In this document: positions 1 through 12,260 of the stretch, piece by piece
Layout: each line of letters opens with the position of its first letter
Position numbering within the stretch: position 1 is the first letter of the stretch
Assembly (NCBI GenBank): GCA_951406725.2
Contig: OX597816.1
Location: 109,678,001 to 109,742,000 of the forward strand
DNA: 64,000 nt
Source: Octopus vulgaris
Taxonomy: Eukaryota
Reading direction: 5' to 3'
The notes under the pieces: generated by a model
Seen by the model: only the letters and a program-made list of their open reading frames with translations
What the model was told of the DNA's origin: nothing
Databases searched by the model: none
Translations under genes and position numbers: made by a program

Positions 1-491
1 AATTGTTACCACCTAATGCAACAATCAATGCTCAAGTATCCTGTCAGTAATTAGAGCATTTGACCCACGATTTGAAGAAAAAAAAAAACCCGCTTTAGTG
101 AATCGAAAAGGGGTGATGCTTCTTCAGGACAATGCGCGACCCCACACTGCAAAGATCTCATTACAGAAGATCGAATTGGTTGGGAAAAAATTCCTCATCC
201 ATATTATTCTCCCGACCATGTCCTTCAGACTGCCATTTGTTTCGTAGTTTACAGAATCATTTGGCTGACATAACTTTCGCAAGCCAGGAGGAGGTCGAAA
301 CTGACATTGCAGTTCTTCGCTTTGAAACCGAAAGACTTTTTACATTGATGGGATTTAAAAGCTTGTAAATAGATGGAAGGAAGCCATAGATAATAAGGGA
401 AAATACGTTGATGATTAAATTTCAATTAAATATAAAATTTGACCTCTTCTTTTCTTTATTTAAAATTCGGACAGAACTTATGGGGTGACCT
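1..491 (+). mobile_element. Mariner transposon, 3' part with decayed transposase and right TIR
   Basis: Frameshifted reads give LLPPNATIN, QDNARPH, PYYSPD, SDCHLFRSLQNHL. It ends in TTCGGACAGAACTTATGGGGTGACC followed by a TA run, and matches the copy at 28730-29830 in reverse. Confidence 0.9.
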
Positions 492-553
492 TATATATAT
501 ATATATATATTTAAAAAAGGAGATGCGGAACACGAGTTGTGATATATATATAT

Positions 554-865
554 AAAGGAAATGAAGAAAATGCTGACAAAATAATTTAAGTAAGGGAGAG
601 TGTATTTAATTAGGTGAAAGTTCTTTTTGTTGCGCATTTGTTATGCTTATCAAAACATATTTTTTAAAGAGAGATAGAGTTCCTTTCTGATAGATTTTTT
701 CTCTTATCTGATAAGGGAAAAAAATCTATCAGAAAGGAACTCTATCTCTCTTAAAAAAATATCTTTTGATAAGCATAACAAATGCGCAACCGGTAAAAAG
801 AACTTTCACCTAATTAAATACATTCTCCCTTACTTAAATTATTTTGTCAGCATTTTCTTCATTTC

Positions 866-869
<4 letters not shown>
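554..869. repeat. Near-perfect ~316 bp palindrome (fold-back) inside (TA)n
   Basis: Arms of ~155-160 bp are reverse complements centred on CTTATC-T-GATAAG (centre 709), with a few mismatches and one small indel. Confidence 0.95.
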
Positions 870-918
<49 letters not shown>

Positions 919-922
<4 letters not shown>

Positions 923-1123
923 ATCCAAACAAGAAAACACAAAAAAACGCAACAACGCGGGGACGCGGAGCAAATATAGCATTATTCGACGCTCGGGTAA
1001 GAAGGGAAGAAGGAGGGTTTAACGTTTCGAGCGGAGCTGTTCGTCGGAAACATAGGAGAAGGAAAGATCCAGAGAAGGGAAGACAGAGGAAAAAATCCCC
1101 AACGGTACACACGCGGTCACATT

Positions 1124-1128
<5 letters not shown>
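919..1128 (-). mobile_element. Short non-autonomous Penelope-pLTR/retrozyme-like repeat inside (TA)n
   Basis: About 210 bp of complex sequence flanked by (TA)n on both sides, containing a degenerate hammerhead core at 1017-1051. Similar ends occur at 27145-27235 and 47833-47912. Confidence 0.55.
1017..1051 (-). ncRNA. Degenerate minimal type I hammerhead ribozyme
   Basis: Minus strand reads GTTT-CCGACGA-ACAGCTCCGCTC-GAAAC-GTT-AAAC. Stem I (GTTT/AAAC) and GAAA are present, but CUGA is changed to CCGA and stem II has one mismatch. Confidence 0.55.
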
Positions 1129-1164
<36 letters not shown>

Positions 1165-1219
1165 TATATATATAATAAAAACAATCTGATGTTATACTGA
1201 CTGAATAAAATGTTATACA

Positions 1220-1280
<61 letters not shown>

Positions 1281-1592
1281 GCATATATGTGTATATATAC
1301 ATACACGCACATAAGAGTACGTGCACATCTGTTTGTATACTGATGCGTCGTTAAGCGTCTCCATTTGTAAAACCTTCGTCATACACGGAGTAACGTCATA
1401 CTTTAAGTATTATGGATTTGAGCATGTATTCTCTCTTCTCCTGGACAACCAGCTAAGTACCAATTTCAATTGGTACACAGTTAACAATCCCCCATCTCTT
1501 TGTTGATTAAGAGAGAGGGCCAGCAGTTGCTCAGGTCTAATGAGCGTACATCCCAAGAACGGATTGGTATATTTCAACAGGCTTTAAATTCT

Positions 1593-1752
1593 AGGAGTGG
1601 GTGTGTGGTAAGTAGCTTGCTAACAAACAACATGGTTCCGGGTTCAACCCCACTGCGTGGCACCTTGGCCAAGTGTCTCCTACTGTAGCGTCGGGCCACC
1701 CAAAGCCTTGTGAGTGAATTTGGTGTACAGAAACTGATAGGACCCGTCGTAT
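1593..1752 (+). mobile_element. tRNA-derived SINE, head part (family A)
   Basis: A-box-like TGTGTGGTAAG and B-box-like GGTTCAACCCC. It is the reverse complement of 2030-2187 and 47625-47787. Confidence 0.85.
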
Positions 1753-1799
1753 ATACATATATAAATACTTATATATATATATATTTTTTCTTTTTTTTT

Positions 1800-2187
1800 T
1801 CGTTTACTTGTTTCAGTCATTTGACTGTAGCCATGCTGGAGCACCGCCTTTAGTCGAGCAAATCGACCCCGGGATTTATTCTTTGTAAGCCCAGTACTTA
1901 TTCTATAGGTCTCTTTCGCCGAACTGCTAAGTGACGGGGACGTAAACAGACAAGCATCGGTTGTCAAGCAATTCTAGGGGGACAAATACAGACACACAAA
2001 CACACACATACATATATATACATATATATAACAGGCTTCTTTCAGTTTCTGTCTACCAAATCCACTCACAAGGCATTGGTCGGCCCGGGGCTATAGCAGA
2101 AGACACTTGCCCAAGATGCCACGCAGTGGGATTGAACCCGGAACCATGTGGTTGGTTAGCAATACTTACCACACAGCCACTCCGCGC
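1800..2187 (-). mobile_element. Full-length tRNA-derived SINE (family A): head, internal microsatellite, tail
   Basis: Colinear with 47385-47787. B-box GGTTCAATCCC on minus; tail CCAGCATGGCTACAGTCAAATGACTGAAACAAGTAAA. Confidence 0.9.
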
Positions 2188-2199
2188 TTATATATATAT

Positions 2200-2251
<52 letters not shown>

Positions 2252-2298
2252 ATATATATATATATATATACACATACATACATACATATATATATATA

Positions 2299-2661
2299 CT
2301 AGCAGACGCCGGCGTTGCTCGGGTTTGTAGGGAAATAACTATATAAGCATTTTTAGAGAGTTATAGCCAAAAAATGCAAAAAAATGCATTAAAATGGAAA
2401 AAAAATTATGTTAAATTTTTTAAATCGTTGACTCATCGTAGACATTTTTAGAGAGTTACTTCCTTATATAATAGCGAAAAAATGCATTAAAATGGGAAAA
2501 ATGATGGTAAATTATTTTTTAAATCGTAGACTCATCGTAGACGTGCGCTAATACCCAGAAGGGCTTGATATGAATCACGACTATAAGATACGGTTTTGGT
2601 AAACTGCACGCGATCTAAATCGTAGGAGACAGACAGCACGCAACCTCTTTATATATAAAGA
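2299..2661 (-). mobile_element. Non-autonomous Helitron
   Basis: Minus strand begins A|TCTTTATATATAAA and ends with a CCCGAGCAACGCCGG hairpin then CTAG|T. Confidence 0.75.
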
Positions 2662-2691
2662 TTACTAACCAGTAGCATTTATATATACGTA

Positions 2692-3105
2692 CTAGTATCG
2701 CCCGGCGTTGCTCGGGTTTGTAAGGGAAATAACATATAACATTTTTAGAGAGTTACTTCCCTTATAAATTCGGGCTTTCTTATTTTTGTTTTGGTGTCTT
2801 CGCCATGAATAAAAAACGCTGATCTCCTTCACAACGCATTACGACGTTGATTTCTTTACTCCCTTCCACAGCTTCACGAGGGAGGGAAGGGGAGAAGCAA
2901 ACATGAGCGTGGACGCCAACTCCGCCGCCATCGACACTCGATGCATTTTATGCATTAAAATGGAATAAAAATGATTTAAATTATTTTAAAAATCGTAGAC
3001 TCATCGTTGACGCGCGCTAATAGTCAGACGGGCTCGATATGAATGACGCAAAATGTGGAGGAGTTAGCAATCTAAATCGAAGGGGACAGACACTACACAA
3101 CTACA

Positions 3106-3115
<10 letters not shown>
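2692..3115 (-). mobile_element. Non-autonomous Helitron, tandem copy of the same family
   Basis: Same CTAG and CCCGGCGTTGCTCGGG 3' end, and shared internal blocks (AAATCGTAGACTCATCGT, TTTTTAGAGAGTTA) with 2299-2661. Confidence 0.7.
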
Positions 3116-3149
<34 letters not shown>

Positions 3150-3294
3150 TATATACATAAAGGGCCAAAACTCACGTACCAAAATATTCGATATCTTGTA
3201 ATTAAAGTGTTATTTTTCAAATGTGCTATACAATGTATATTGAGTTTTAATTTGGTATAACTTTAGCCTACTATGTATATAGCTTTTATAGTTC

Positions 3295-3720
3295 ACTCTA
3301 CTTGTTTCAGTCAATAGACCGCGGCAATGTGGGCAAGCACACACACACACACATACACACATCCCATTGGAAACATCTTGTTTTTTAGCCATCTGGAGCA
3401 GATAAATAACGTACTTTCAGTCTACCTGTTCCTTCCAATCTACCTGCTCTTGTGCCCAGTTCAAGGAATCAGCAAAAAAAAGAAAAATAAAGAAAACTGT
3501 AACATCCAGCACCTGTAAGCCTATGGCCTGTCAGCCTAGAAGTTCCTCTGTTCTTTATTAGTAGGTCCATCATCCGTCGCCGGCTTGCTCCGTCTGATGT
3601 GGGCTGATGAATGAGTGACTGAAATTAAGTGTAAGAACACAGCGCAACTCCTGGTCCAGGAATCGAACCCATAATCTTACGATCACAAGTGCAATCCCCT
3701 ACTACTAAACTATGCACCAC
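3295..3720 (-). mobile_element. Decayed tRNA-derived SINE
   Basis: B-box GGTTCGATTCC on minus at ~3659-3669. Tail ACTTGTTTCAGTCA resembles family A. Confidence 0.55.
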
Positions 3721-3823
3721 CAGAACGGTACCACAGGATAATTAATAGAAATGTTAGAAACAAAGTAAAATACATGAAAGATTTTAGTTTTCTGTCTAGA
3801 TTCTGCTTTCAAATTAATTGGTA

Positions 3824-4112
3824 CTAGCAGTACAGGTTTGTAAGGGAAATAACTATAAACATTTTTAGAGAGTTATACAAAAAATACACACAGTCTGTGG
3901 TTTGTTTTTTTATTCTCGACCCCATGTCGAATTTATCGATTTTTTTCAGAACTGGGGAACTTTTCAAAGTTTTCGCTGCGTTAGTTTTGAATTATGACAT
4001 TGGGCTATGTGTGTCAAGTTTCATCAGAATATGAAAGCCGTGGTCAGAGTGATACAAGCAAACAGACACACAGAAACACGCACAGACAAACTGCCGTTTA
4101 TATAGAGAGAGA
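3824..4112 (-). mobile_element. Non-autonomous Helitron, internally deleted
   Basis: ACTAGCAG...GGTTTGTAAGGGAAATAACTATA...TTTTTAGAGAGTTATA is shared with 2299 and 2692. The 5' end reads TCTCTCTCTATATAAACGG on minus. Confidence 0.65.
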
Positions 4113-4155
4113 TATATACATACATATATATATGCGTACACACACACACACACAC

Positions 4156-4207
<52 letters not shown>

Positions 4208-4319
4208 TTTCGTATGATTAATGTAGTTATTAAATTTTAATTGATAGCTGTAGCGGAATATCTAAATTTGTCCTTCAAATACTTTTCGATGAGCTCCAGC
4301 CGACTTGATCTTAAAGATA

Positions 4320-4527
4320 CTCTTTTCTACTCTAGGCAGAAGGACCGAAATTTTGGGGGAGGGTCTAGTCAATTAGATCTACCCCAGTATGCATCTGGTA
4401 CTTAATTTATCGACTCCGAAAAGATGGAAGCAAAGTCGCCCCTTGGGAATTTGAACCCAGAACTTAAAGACAGACGAAATACAGCTAAGTATTTCGCCCG
4501 TCGTGCTAACGTTTCTCGCCGCCTTTG
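4320..4527 (-). mobile_element. tRNA-derived SINE (family B) with 13 bp target-site duplication
   Basis: Homologous to 16462-16682. Flanked by GATCTTAAAGATA at 4307-4319 and 4528-4540. Confidence 0.85.
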
Positions 4528-5678
4528 GATCTTAAAGATATTATTTTAAACAATCAGTGTCTTAGCTTTTATGTGTAATTGTGAGCGTGTGGTTGTGCAT
4601 GATATATGCAACTTCTTTTTAGTTTGTTTAAATTTCGATAAACCAGAATGTGGACTAACGTTTTTGTTCACCCTTACTTTATGACTAAAATTGTATAATG
4701 ATTCGTATAATACTTATATCCAAGTCAGATGTTATTGGGGCAGCATGTCTATCAGAATATCGGCTACTTCGAGTATACTACTATGTTTATCAGTTCTGTT
4801 TTTGTAAAACCGGGTGCGTGAGGTGGTGATGGACGCTTCACCAGGCTTTACGCATGTTTGTGCCAGTGTGTGTTTGTGTGTGTGTGTGTATGTGCATGTG
4901 CGTGTGTATGTGTGTATGTATGTGAGTGTACGTGACTCTGTGAGCATGTGTGTGTGTTACTATACATTTGGTGTTATAATTTCTCCGGTCTCTTGAAGTT
5001 TTATTTTTGGATAACTTCTTAGGATTTATCTACACAGTTAGAAAGGATTCATATCATTGCAAATTGGATATTGGAAAAGTCGCTATGTGCTCACTAATGT
5101 TTCTTTTCATTGGAGAGATAATTATCGAAGATACATATCCTTCATTTCAGATGCTGAAACCAAACAAGTAAGAAAGTATGTTAAAATGAACTTTAATGCA
5201 GCGATAAGAGCTTTAGACAGCAGTATCAAAGCTCATATCAAAGAGACACTTCTGAACGACACTTTCATGTACCTAGTAAAAACAGAGAGAAAAAATGAAT
5301 ACAAATCTAAAGTCAGTATAAATGCCAGTCATTAATGTCTCTGATGATCTGTTACAAGAAATACACATACGTAAATATGCATCTGAAATAAAAGAATATT
5401 ATTCACTGCTGCATCAGAATACACTTCCACAATGAATATTTAATTCTCTACGGGACCAAAATATGTAGTTACCTTCAGAAATATCCGAATCTACGCCCAA
5501 AAGAAATATTCGCAATAGGTTAGAAAAGATTCAACTAAAATTAGTTCTATTTCTTATATGGTTCTATCATTTAGCCAAGAGTGTAAGGGTAGTTGAAATA
5601 ATCATCATTTAATCTCTTTGCGTGCAGATTGTAACCAAAACATAATTTTAAAATACAATCAACATAACAAAGTGAATG

Positions 5679-5679
<1 letters not shown>

Positions 5680-5770
<91 letters not shown>
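5680..5770. repeat. (ATCT)n microsatellite
   Basis: Direct reading; a second tract lies at 6153-6315. Confidence 0.95.
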
Positions 5771-5771
<1 letters not shown>

Positions 5772-6152
5772 CTATGAACCCAGAAATTGAAAACAGAGAG
5801 TTGCTTATTTGCAAAAAAAAAAAAAAAGAAATATAACATGTGACTCCATTGACCGAGGTTACCGTGGTCTTTTCCGTAGGCTTTTCTTTCCACGGGTAAA
5901 CCTCACCTGTCCTCCCCTTTACACTTCATATTGACATTTCTGTGATAACGATCCCTATTGATCATTTTTTTTTTTTTCCTCTCCCCCTTTTTTTTAACCC
6001 CCTTTTTCTTGTCCTCTTTCTCTCCTTTTACGATCCCTTTTGATCGAAACTCCCCCTTCCTTTTTTTTTTTTTTTTTAAACCTTCAAAAGAAAAGCTCTA
6101 CCTTGTAATTTGTTCTATCTGTGTGCAGCCCTGTGTGGCTAATAAAGAAACA
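5771..6152 (+). mobile_element. Probable 3' end of a Tx1/L1-like LINE inserted in (CTAT)n
   Basis: Pyrimidine-rich 3'UTR-like sequence ending CTGTGTGGCTAATAAAGAAACA directly before (TATC)n. Layout parallels the Tx1 end at 56950-57162. No coding sequence remains. Confidence 0.45.
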
Positions 6153-6315
<163 letters not shown>

Positions 6316-6779
6316 ACATGGTTGTCCATTCGAACGGACTTGATTGCGATCTTTTAGTAAAGTCCGTTCGGACGGACAGCTAAGTTGAAGTGGTTACGAA
6401 CCTTACTTGTTAGTACAACTACTGCATTGGTCTCTTACAGAGATTTTATATATATGTACGTATAAACTAGATTAATGTGTTAATATTGGATTATCATGTA
6501 ATCTTGCTCGTTTCTCTAAAAAGTGATTTAAATTAAAAGTAATATTTTTATCGCAGTGTTTTCTAAATATGTTTTAGCTCTGTTCCCCACATACAATTTG
6601 TTTGCTTCATTCAAATACATGAATCTTTTCAAAACCTGCATCTTCTCCATTTCAAAGCTGCCAAATTTGTTAGAGAACTTGGAGTTGTGTACTGAGAAGG
6701 CACTGTTTCTGAAAGAACTGCACATAAACAGTTTTTATGCCCCAAGGAAGGGCAAATTCAACTTCAGAGTGTCTTCGCT

Positions 6780-7292
6780 TCTCGGCCGACTTTTCATTTT
6801 AGTGAAAATCATTTGGACTTGGATATACGACAATCTCTAGCATATTGAACCTGCAGATCGAATACTCTCATGATATAGCGCTAGTCATATTTACTCGATT
6901 GGCAAGACCACCGAAAGGGCATGCGTCTCCAACGCGACAACATTCATTCCCAGTTAAGTAATTTCATCAAAAATGTGCTTCGATAAATTGATTGAAAGTT
7001 TTTTCTGTACACATCATACTCTCCTGATATAGCACCATCAGATTATTGTCTTTTGTGGTCGACTGCGAAGCGTTTCTTTCGACAACGATGTAGAGCTAAA
7101 AAGTGGCTCGATGAATTCTTCGACTTTAAAACCGGTTATATTTAATGTCAAGGTATTAAGAAGCTAGCGAAACATTGGCAGGAATTGGTGAACATGAAAA
7201 AACAGGACATTATTTGTTGATTTGTTTGAGTTACTGTTGAAAAATAAAGATTCAAATAAACGAAGAAAAGCGAATGGATTTATCTGGCAACT
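6780..7292 (+). mobile_element. Decayed mariner, 3' portion
   Basis: SYSPDIAPSDYCLLWS at ~7015-7062. TIR-like AAAAGCGAATGGATTTATCTGGCAAC followed by TA at the end. Confidence 0.75.
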
Positions 7293-7683
7293 ATATGAAA
7301 AATCAAATTACTCAAATTAATGTACAGAGATTCATAGATCAGTTTTTATAAATGTTCTTGTATTTATTTATGTATACCCATACATACGGCTCCATATATG
7401 TATGTATGCACGTGTGTGTGTGCGCGCGCATGTGTATAAGTACCTAGATACACACACATATATTTGCATCTATATGTATATACATACATACAGATATAAG
7501 ATACATACATACATACACACGTGGACACGCACATATATAATTATTTGTATCTATTTAAAGATGCGTACATCGTTAGTCGCGTCATAATGGAGACATTGTT
7601 ATTGATAACTCTGCAATAAAATTGTGTGATCCGTCTGGTTGATATAGCGTATTTTGATACACATAAATACATACGTACATACC

Positions 7684-7782
<99 letters not shown>

Positions 7783-9039
7783 TGTGGTGTGTACGTGTTT
7801 GGCGCGACTGGTCAGTGATAGTCATTTATATAAGCGATGAGTGTACATGATATATATATATATACATAGATATATAAATATGGAAAAAAAGTCAAAGGAG
7901 AAAATGCTAAAATAATTTTATAAAAAAAATTTCGGTACCGGCTTCAGTCATTGAGACCTTTTCATGGAAAACAATTAAATTTTGGAAAAACTAAAAGAAG
8001 GAAGAACTCAGATATCAAGTATAATGTTTGCGCTAGTTGGTTGGAGTACTACTTTCTCCATTATAACGTATAGGTGACTTTGAATAGGGATTCCGCCTGT
8101 TTCTGTTGGAACTACGTCGTTCCTGACAGGAAAGGCCCACGAGTCATCCTACGTTGAACAGCTTTACCCTATATATATAAATATATATGATTCTGAAACC
8201 TATACCGTTCAACTTCTCAATATCCGATTTCGCGATAAATTGCGGTTGAAATGAGGTTATAATAATTTCCTCCATTCTCATCATACATTTGGCGTGTCAG
8301 TTTGAATCCATTTAATAAAATCTCATTCTCTGATTCACCTAGCACAGAAGGCTGTTGTGATGCATATAGAAAGTCACTCTTAGTACAATCTTGCTCCAAA
8401 GAATTCTTTTGATGGATCAAGCCAGCATGCCTTTACTGACTGAATAGAAACACATGAACATGCCTTAGCTTTTTGAGTTCCTAAAAAGAGAAAATTGTTT
8501 TTCTCTTTGTAACAGTCATACATCCATGTACATAAACGCCCACACTTATAAAATATAGTGCAGAATTGCACAAGTATTACAAATATGACAAAATTTAATA
8601 TATTCAAACAGCTATTTAATTAAGGATTTATCTGATTAATTCTATAAGTACATAATTGAATTCATAATTAGTTATAGCTAATGTTAATTAAATTAACGTG
8701 AAGCAAATCTCGTCCCAAATTATGGAGAATACTATTAACCATATATACCATTAACCATTGTCGGTTTAATTACGTGTGAGACTGAGGTAAACACACGCAC
8801 ACACACAAACATACACACACTCACACACACACATACATGTATGTATGTACGTATATATCCAAAGACAAAACGAAGAATTTCTCATGGATAAAATTTAGAA
8901 CGTACCATAAATTTCCACCTACGATTCCCAAAATTATAAGTCTTACGTCAAGAAATTCAAAAATAAACGGATATTGTGAAAGGATTCTTGATTGAAAAAA
9001 TAATTTGCAAAATAAATACCATCATAAAGAACAAAGACA

Positions 9040-9490
9040 ACTTAAATCATTGAAAAATGCTAAAAACACCCCAGTAGTAACAAATTGAAAACGCCAACAA
9101 TAAACAATGCGTAAATCCAAGATGTTGTTCATGTTCTAATTTGAGAAAAGAATCAGAGGTCCATCTCAACCAAGGGTAACATCTTACAATCAAAACACAA
9201 CTTCAACTGGAAAGCTGGAAACCTATCATATACAATTACATTTTCAGGATGTAAAGAAAATTATATCGGCCAATTGGTAGCTCCTTGCCATAACGAATGA
9301 CTCTGCATATATCGCAAATCAACTTGCTGAAATACAGACAGATAGCGAACATATAAGCACAACTTCATCTAAAATACAATAAAAGTCTATGATTCCCCCT
9401 TTATATCAATTTACCGATTAAACAACTTAGCAGCAATGCAACTACATGGAGTCAAGCATCGCATCCGAAGTTCATCCAGATTTAAATATT
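9040..9490 (+). mobile_element. Penelope-like element relic, GIY-YIG endonuclease region
   Basis: Reads NWKAGNLSYTITFSGCKENYIGQ at ~9205-9275, and a later HPDLN-like end at ~9473-9487. Many disruptions. Confidence 0.6.
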
Positions 9491-9602
9491 GAATGGAGGA
9501 CATGTTACCGATGCTACTGCAAACTTTGGTAACGTTAACACCACCAGCATCATCACCATCACGAACAACAACAACTCAACAGCAGCAGCAACAACAACAA
9601 CA

Positions 9603-9637
<35 letters not shown>

Positions 9638-10119
9638 GAGTTACAACTCCTACAAATCCTGACAATGCTGCTAGTGAGATCCATGCCTGCTGCTTCTGTT
9701 ACTGATATCCATTTCTTCTACTGACGCTCTTATTATTTCCAATCAGCGACCAGTATGAAACTAAACAACATCATGTTATTTTAGTAAGAAAAGCATTTGA
9801 ACTTACAGAAGTGATTTGAACTTACAGAAGTGATATGAACAAATAATTCAATTTATTCTAGCTTATGTGACTTTTTATTCCAGCATGAATAAACTGTCTT
9901 TTTAATGCCATTGAAGCCAGTAGTATATTTTGATAAAAAAGTAAATCCTGTATTACTTTTATCCATGGGAAGGTTTTCAAAGCAATTCTTGTATTTGTGT
10001 TTTTAATATAAACTTACTCTGCGAAATCTTTTAATCGTGAAATTATATATATATAAACTTTGCAATATATACACTTTTGCAGACAGCAAAGAAAAGTGTA
10101 TGCAGGGATTTGCACGCTC

Positions 10120-10196
<77 letters not shown>

Positions 10197-11316
10197 ATAA
10201 AAAGAATGAAAAATATATATCCATATAACAGCGTATGTAGACAAATACACAGACATAATGCTCTCCTAAGTACACAGTATCAATGTTAAGGAAACACTAA
10301 TATACACACATTTTTCGTAATTACAATATCTTAGTTTGCTTAAAGCTAAAATCGAATTTTATAATTCATATTATTGTAATTAATACTACTCTTCTGAATG
10401 ATTAGTAACAATTTAATTTGACTTTTGCGGGTACAAATAATCAAAGTGTTTGCTAACTATCTAGTCGCTACTAAAAATCACACATTATAATTTATGTTAT
10501 TGCAATTAATATTATACTTGTAAATGGTTGCTAAGAATCTATTGAAACGAGGGAAGATATATTTTTCAGTTTATATTTGCACCTTTTATATTCAGAGAAA
10601 GGAAAGTTGCTAGAATGATGACAGTTTACAATAACTTGTTGCTTGGAATTTAGTAAAGAACATTAGTCAGCCTTAGTCATTTCTAAAGTTTCGCACGTAC
10701 ATTACCGGCAGACTTTTTTGCCGCATTGATACGGATTTGCAGATGTCAATGTGAAACATTTCAGGTTATAGGGAACAGTTCTGTTGCTTTCAAATTGAAG
10801 ATATGCTGAGCAAGAGAAATAGTGTTCTTTAGGGTGTCTTTAGAAAATAAATGACAATATATGTAATATTTCTGTTTGAAATACAAGTGGTGCCAATATA
10901 GCATTTAAACGAACGATACATTTTTAATTGCGCATTTATAAACAATATTACATTTGCAATATGAAATATTCTTCGACTCTATCTTTGCATATTTTTATCA
11001 GGGTTTGGCAAGAAAGAATTCCTAGAGAAAGGTAGAAAACTTTTAACATTAACATTATAAGACATTTTATTATTATTGAATATTCCTCTTTGTTTCTGTA
11101 TTATCGAACCATCTTAGCAAGCACTAACGTTTGAATATGGAAGATCAGTTTTAAAAATCTCTGCAGACAGATCATACTTCGGTTTCTTCAGAAATGATTT
11201 TTAAATCTGAAAATTATTCATTAAATGAAGTTAGTGTTTTAAATAAAGCCGAGTATAATAACGGAATGCATATTAAATGGGTGAAATCATACGAGAATAA
11301 AATAAAGTTTATAAAG

Positions 11317-11375
<59 letters not shown>

Positions 11376-11378
<3 letters not shown>

Positions 11379-12260
11379 TATGGTAGATAAAAGACGGAAG
11401 AGGGAAGATATGAGAATTTTTATTAATCACTACAATTGTTTCGATACATCTGACATCGATCCCCACGGGTGAGGTATTTGACAACTGGTTCAGGAGCATC
11501 CGACGGTGCAGATGTATCTCTTCAGGTGATAAATAGCTATAACTCTTTAAAATAACAGTTGCGTAATTTATCTTCTCATTTCGTGTGAAGAAAAGCAGCA
11601 ACTTAAATCATATGTCTTCATTTGTATAGAAGATCAATCACAACATAAAAGATGCAACCCCACCCCAAATAAAAACCCAAATAAATAAACGAACTCGCAA
11701 TACGGCGAGAAATTATTAAACTGTTAACCGATATGGCTGTATAAACACCCTCGGGCAAGCTGCATGGCGCTTGTACACTCGATCGTATAAGCATCCACGA
11801 AGATGTAAGCATACGCACACGTGTGGTTTGGTGCACACACGTTCACATAGCGAGTAAATTATGTTGACGGTTACTCAAATTTATTTCCATTGCATTGTGC
11901 GAAAGTATATTCATATGCATATAGGCATCTTGAGAGTCTTTCAGAAATTCTATTAATGATTTTCTCATTGGTCCACAGAAGAGACAGGGATTCCTCGGAG
12001 TAGAGACGGTATCTCCTAGAAGTGACATTATATGGATTTTCATGACTTACTATGGACCAATTTATGTTATACTTAATTTTATTTCACTCAGTTGCCGCAC
12101 AAAATCGACCAAAGATGTTGAATGTCTCTTATTGATTCTCTTGAAGATGGCAACATGGTTACAATAATGATTCTTAAATGAATCAGCCGTTTGCCCAATG
12201 TAAACATACGGTCCTCTTCTTGTGTGCAGTATTAAAAGAGAATTTTTGCAGATGCTCTAT
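11376..12260 (-). mobile_element. Penelope-like element relic: GIY-YIG end plus hammerhead-bearing 3' repeat, ending in (TA)n
   Basis: Minus strand YVYIGQTADSFKN at ~12171-12209, with a hammerhead at 11426-11530 downstream in the same orientation. Confidence 0.6.
11426..11530 (-). ncRNA. Type I hammerhead ribozyme, apparently intact
   Basis: Minus strand: ATCAC-CTGAAGA-GATACATCTG...CAGATGTATC-GAAA-CAATTG-TA-GTGAT. It has a 5 bp stem I, a 10 bp perfect stem II base, palindromic stem III ACAATTGT and a GUA cleavage triplet. Confidence 0.85.

Noticed and set aside
834-1382. ORFs rich in YIYI, HTHT, ERER, LSIY, poly-N/L/K here and throughout the window
   Set aside because: Translations of stop-free microsatellites, not genes.
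1593-1670. tRNA gene
   Set aside because: A/B boxes are present but there is no cloverleaf, and it continues into a SINE body found in several copies.
3604-3632. CTGATGA...GAAA hammerhead-like spacing
   Set aside because: No stem II or stem III pairing; lies within a SINE on the opposite strand.
8217-8445. Possible host exon on minus (WLDPSK / SLEQD, vaguely FERM-like)
   Set aside because: The two motifs are in different frames, and plausible acceptors lead to stops.
9493-9705. Poly-Q/poly-L ORF
   Set aside because: Compound CAA/CAG/CTA microsatellite following a Penelope relic.
9796-9840. Short tandem duplications (19 bp here; 14 bp x3 at 14610-14647; ~10 bp at 24860-24890; 18 bp at 45287-45320)
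   Set aside because: Ordinary slippage products with no evidence of function.
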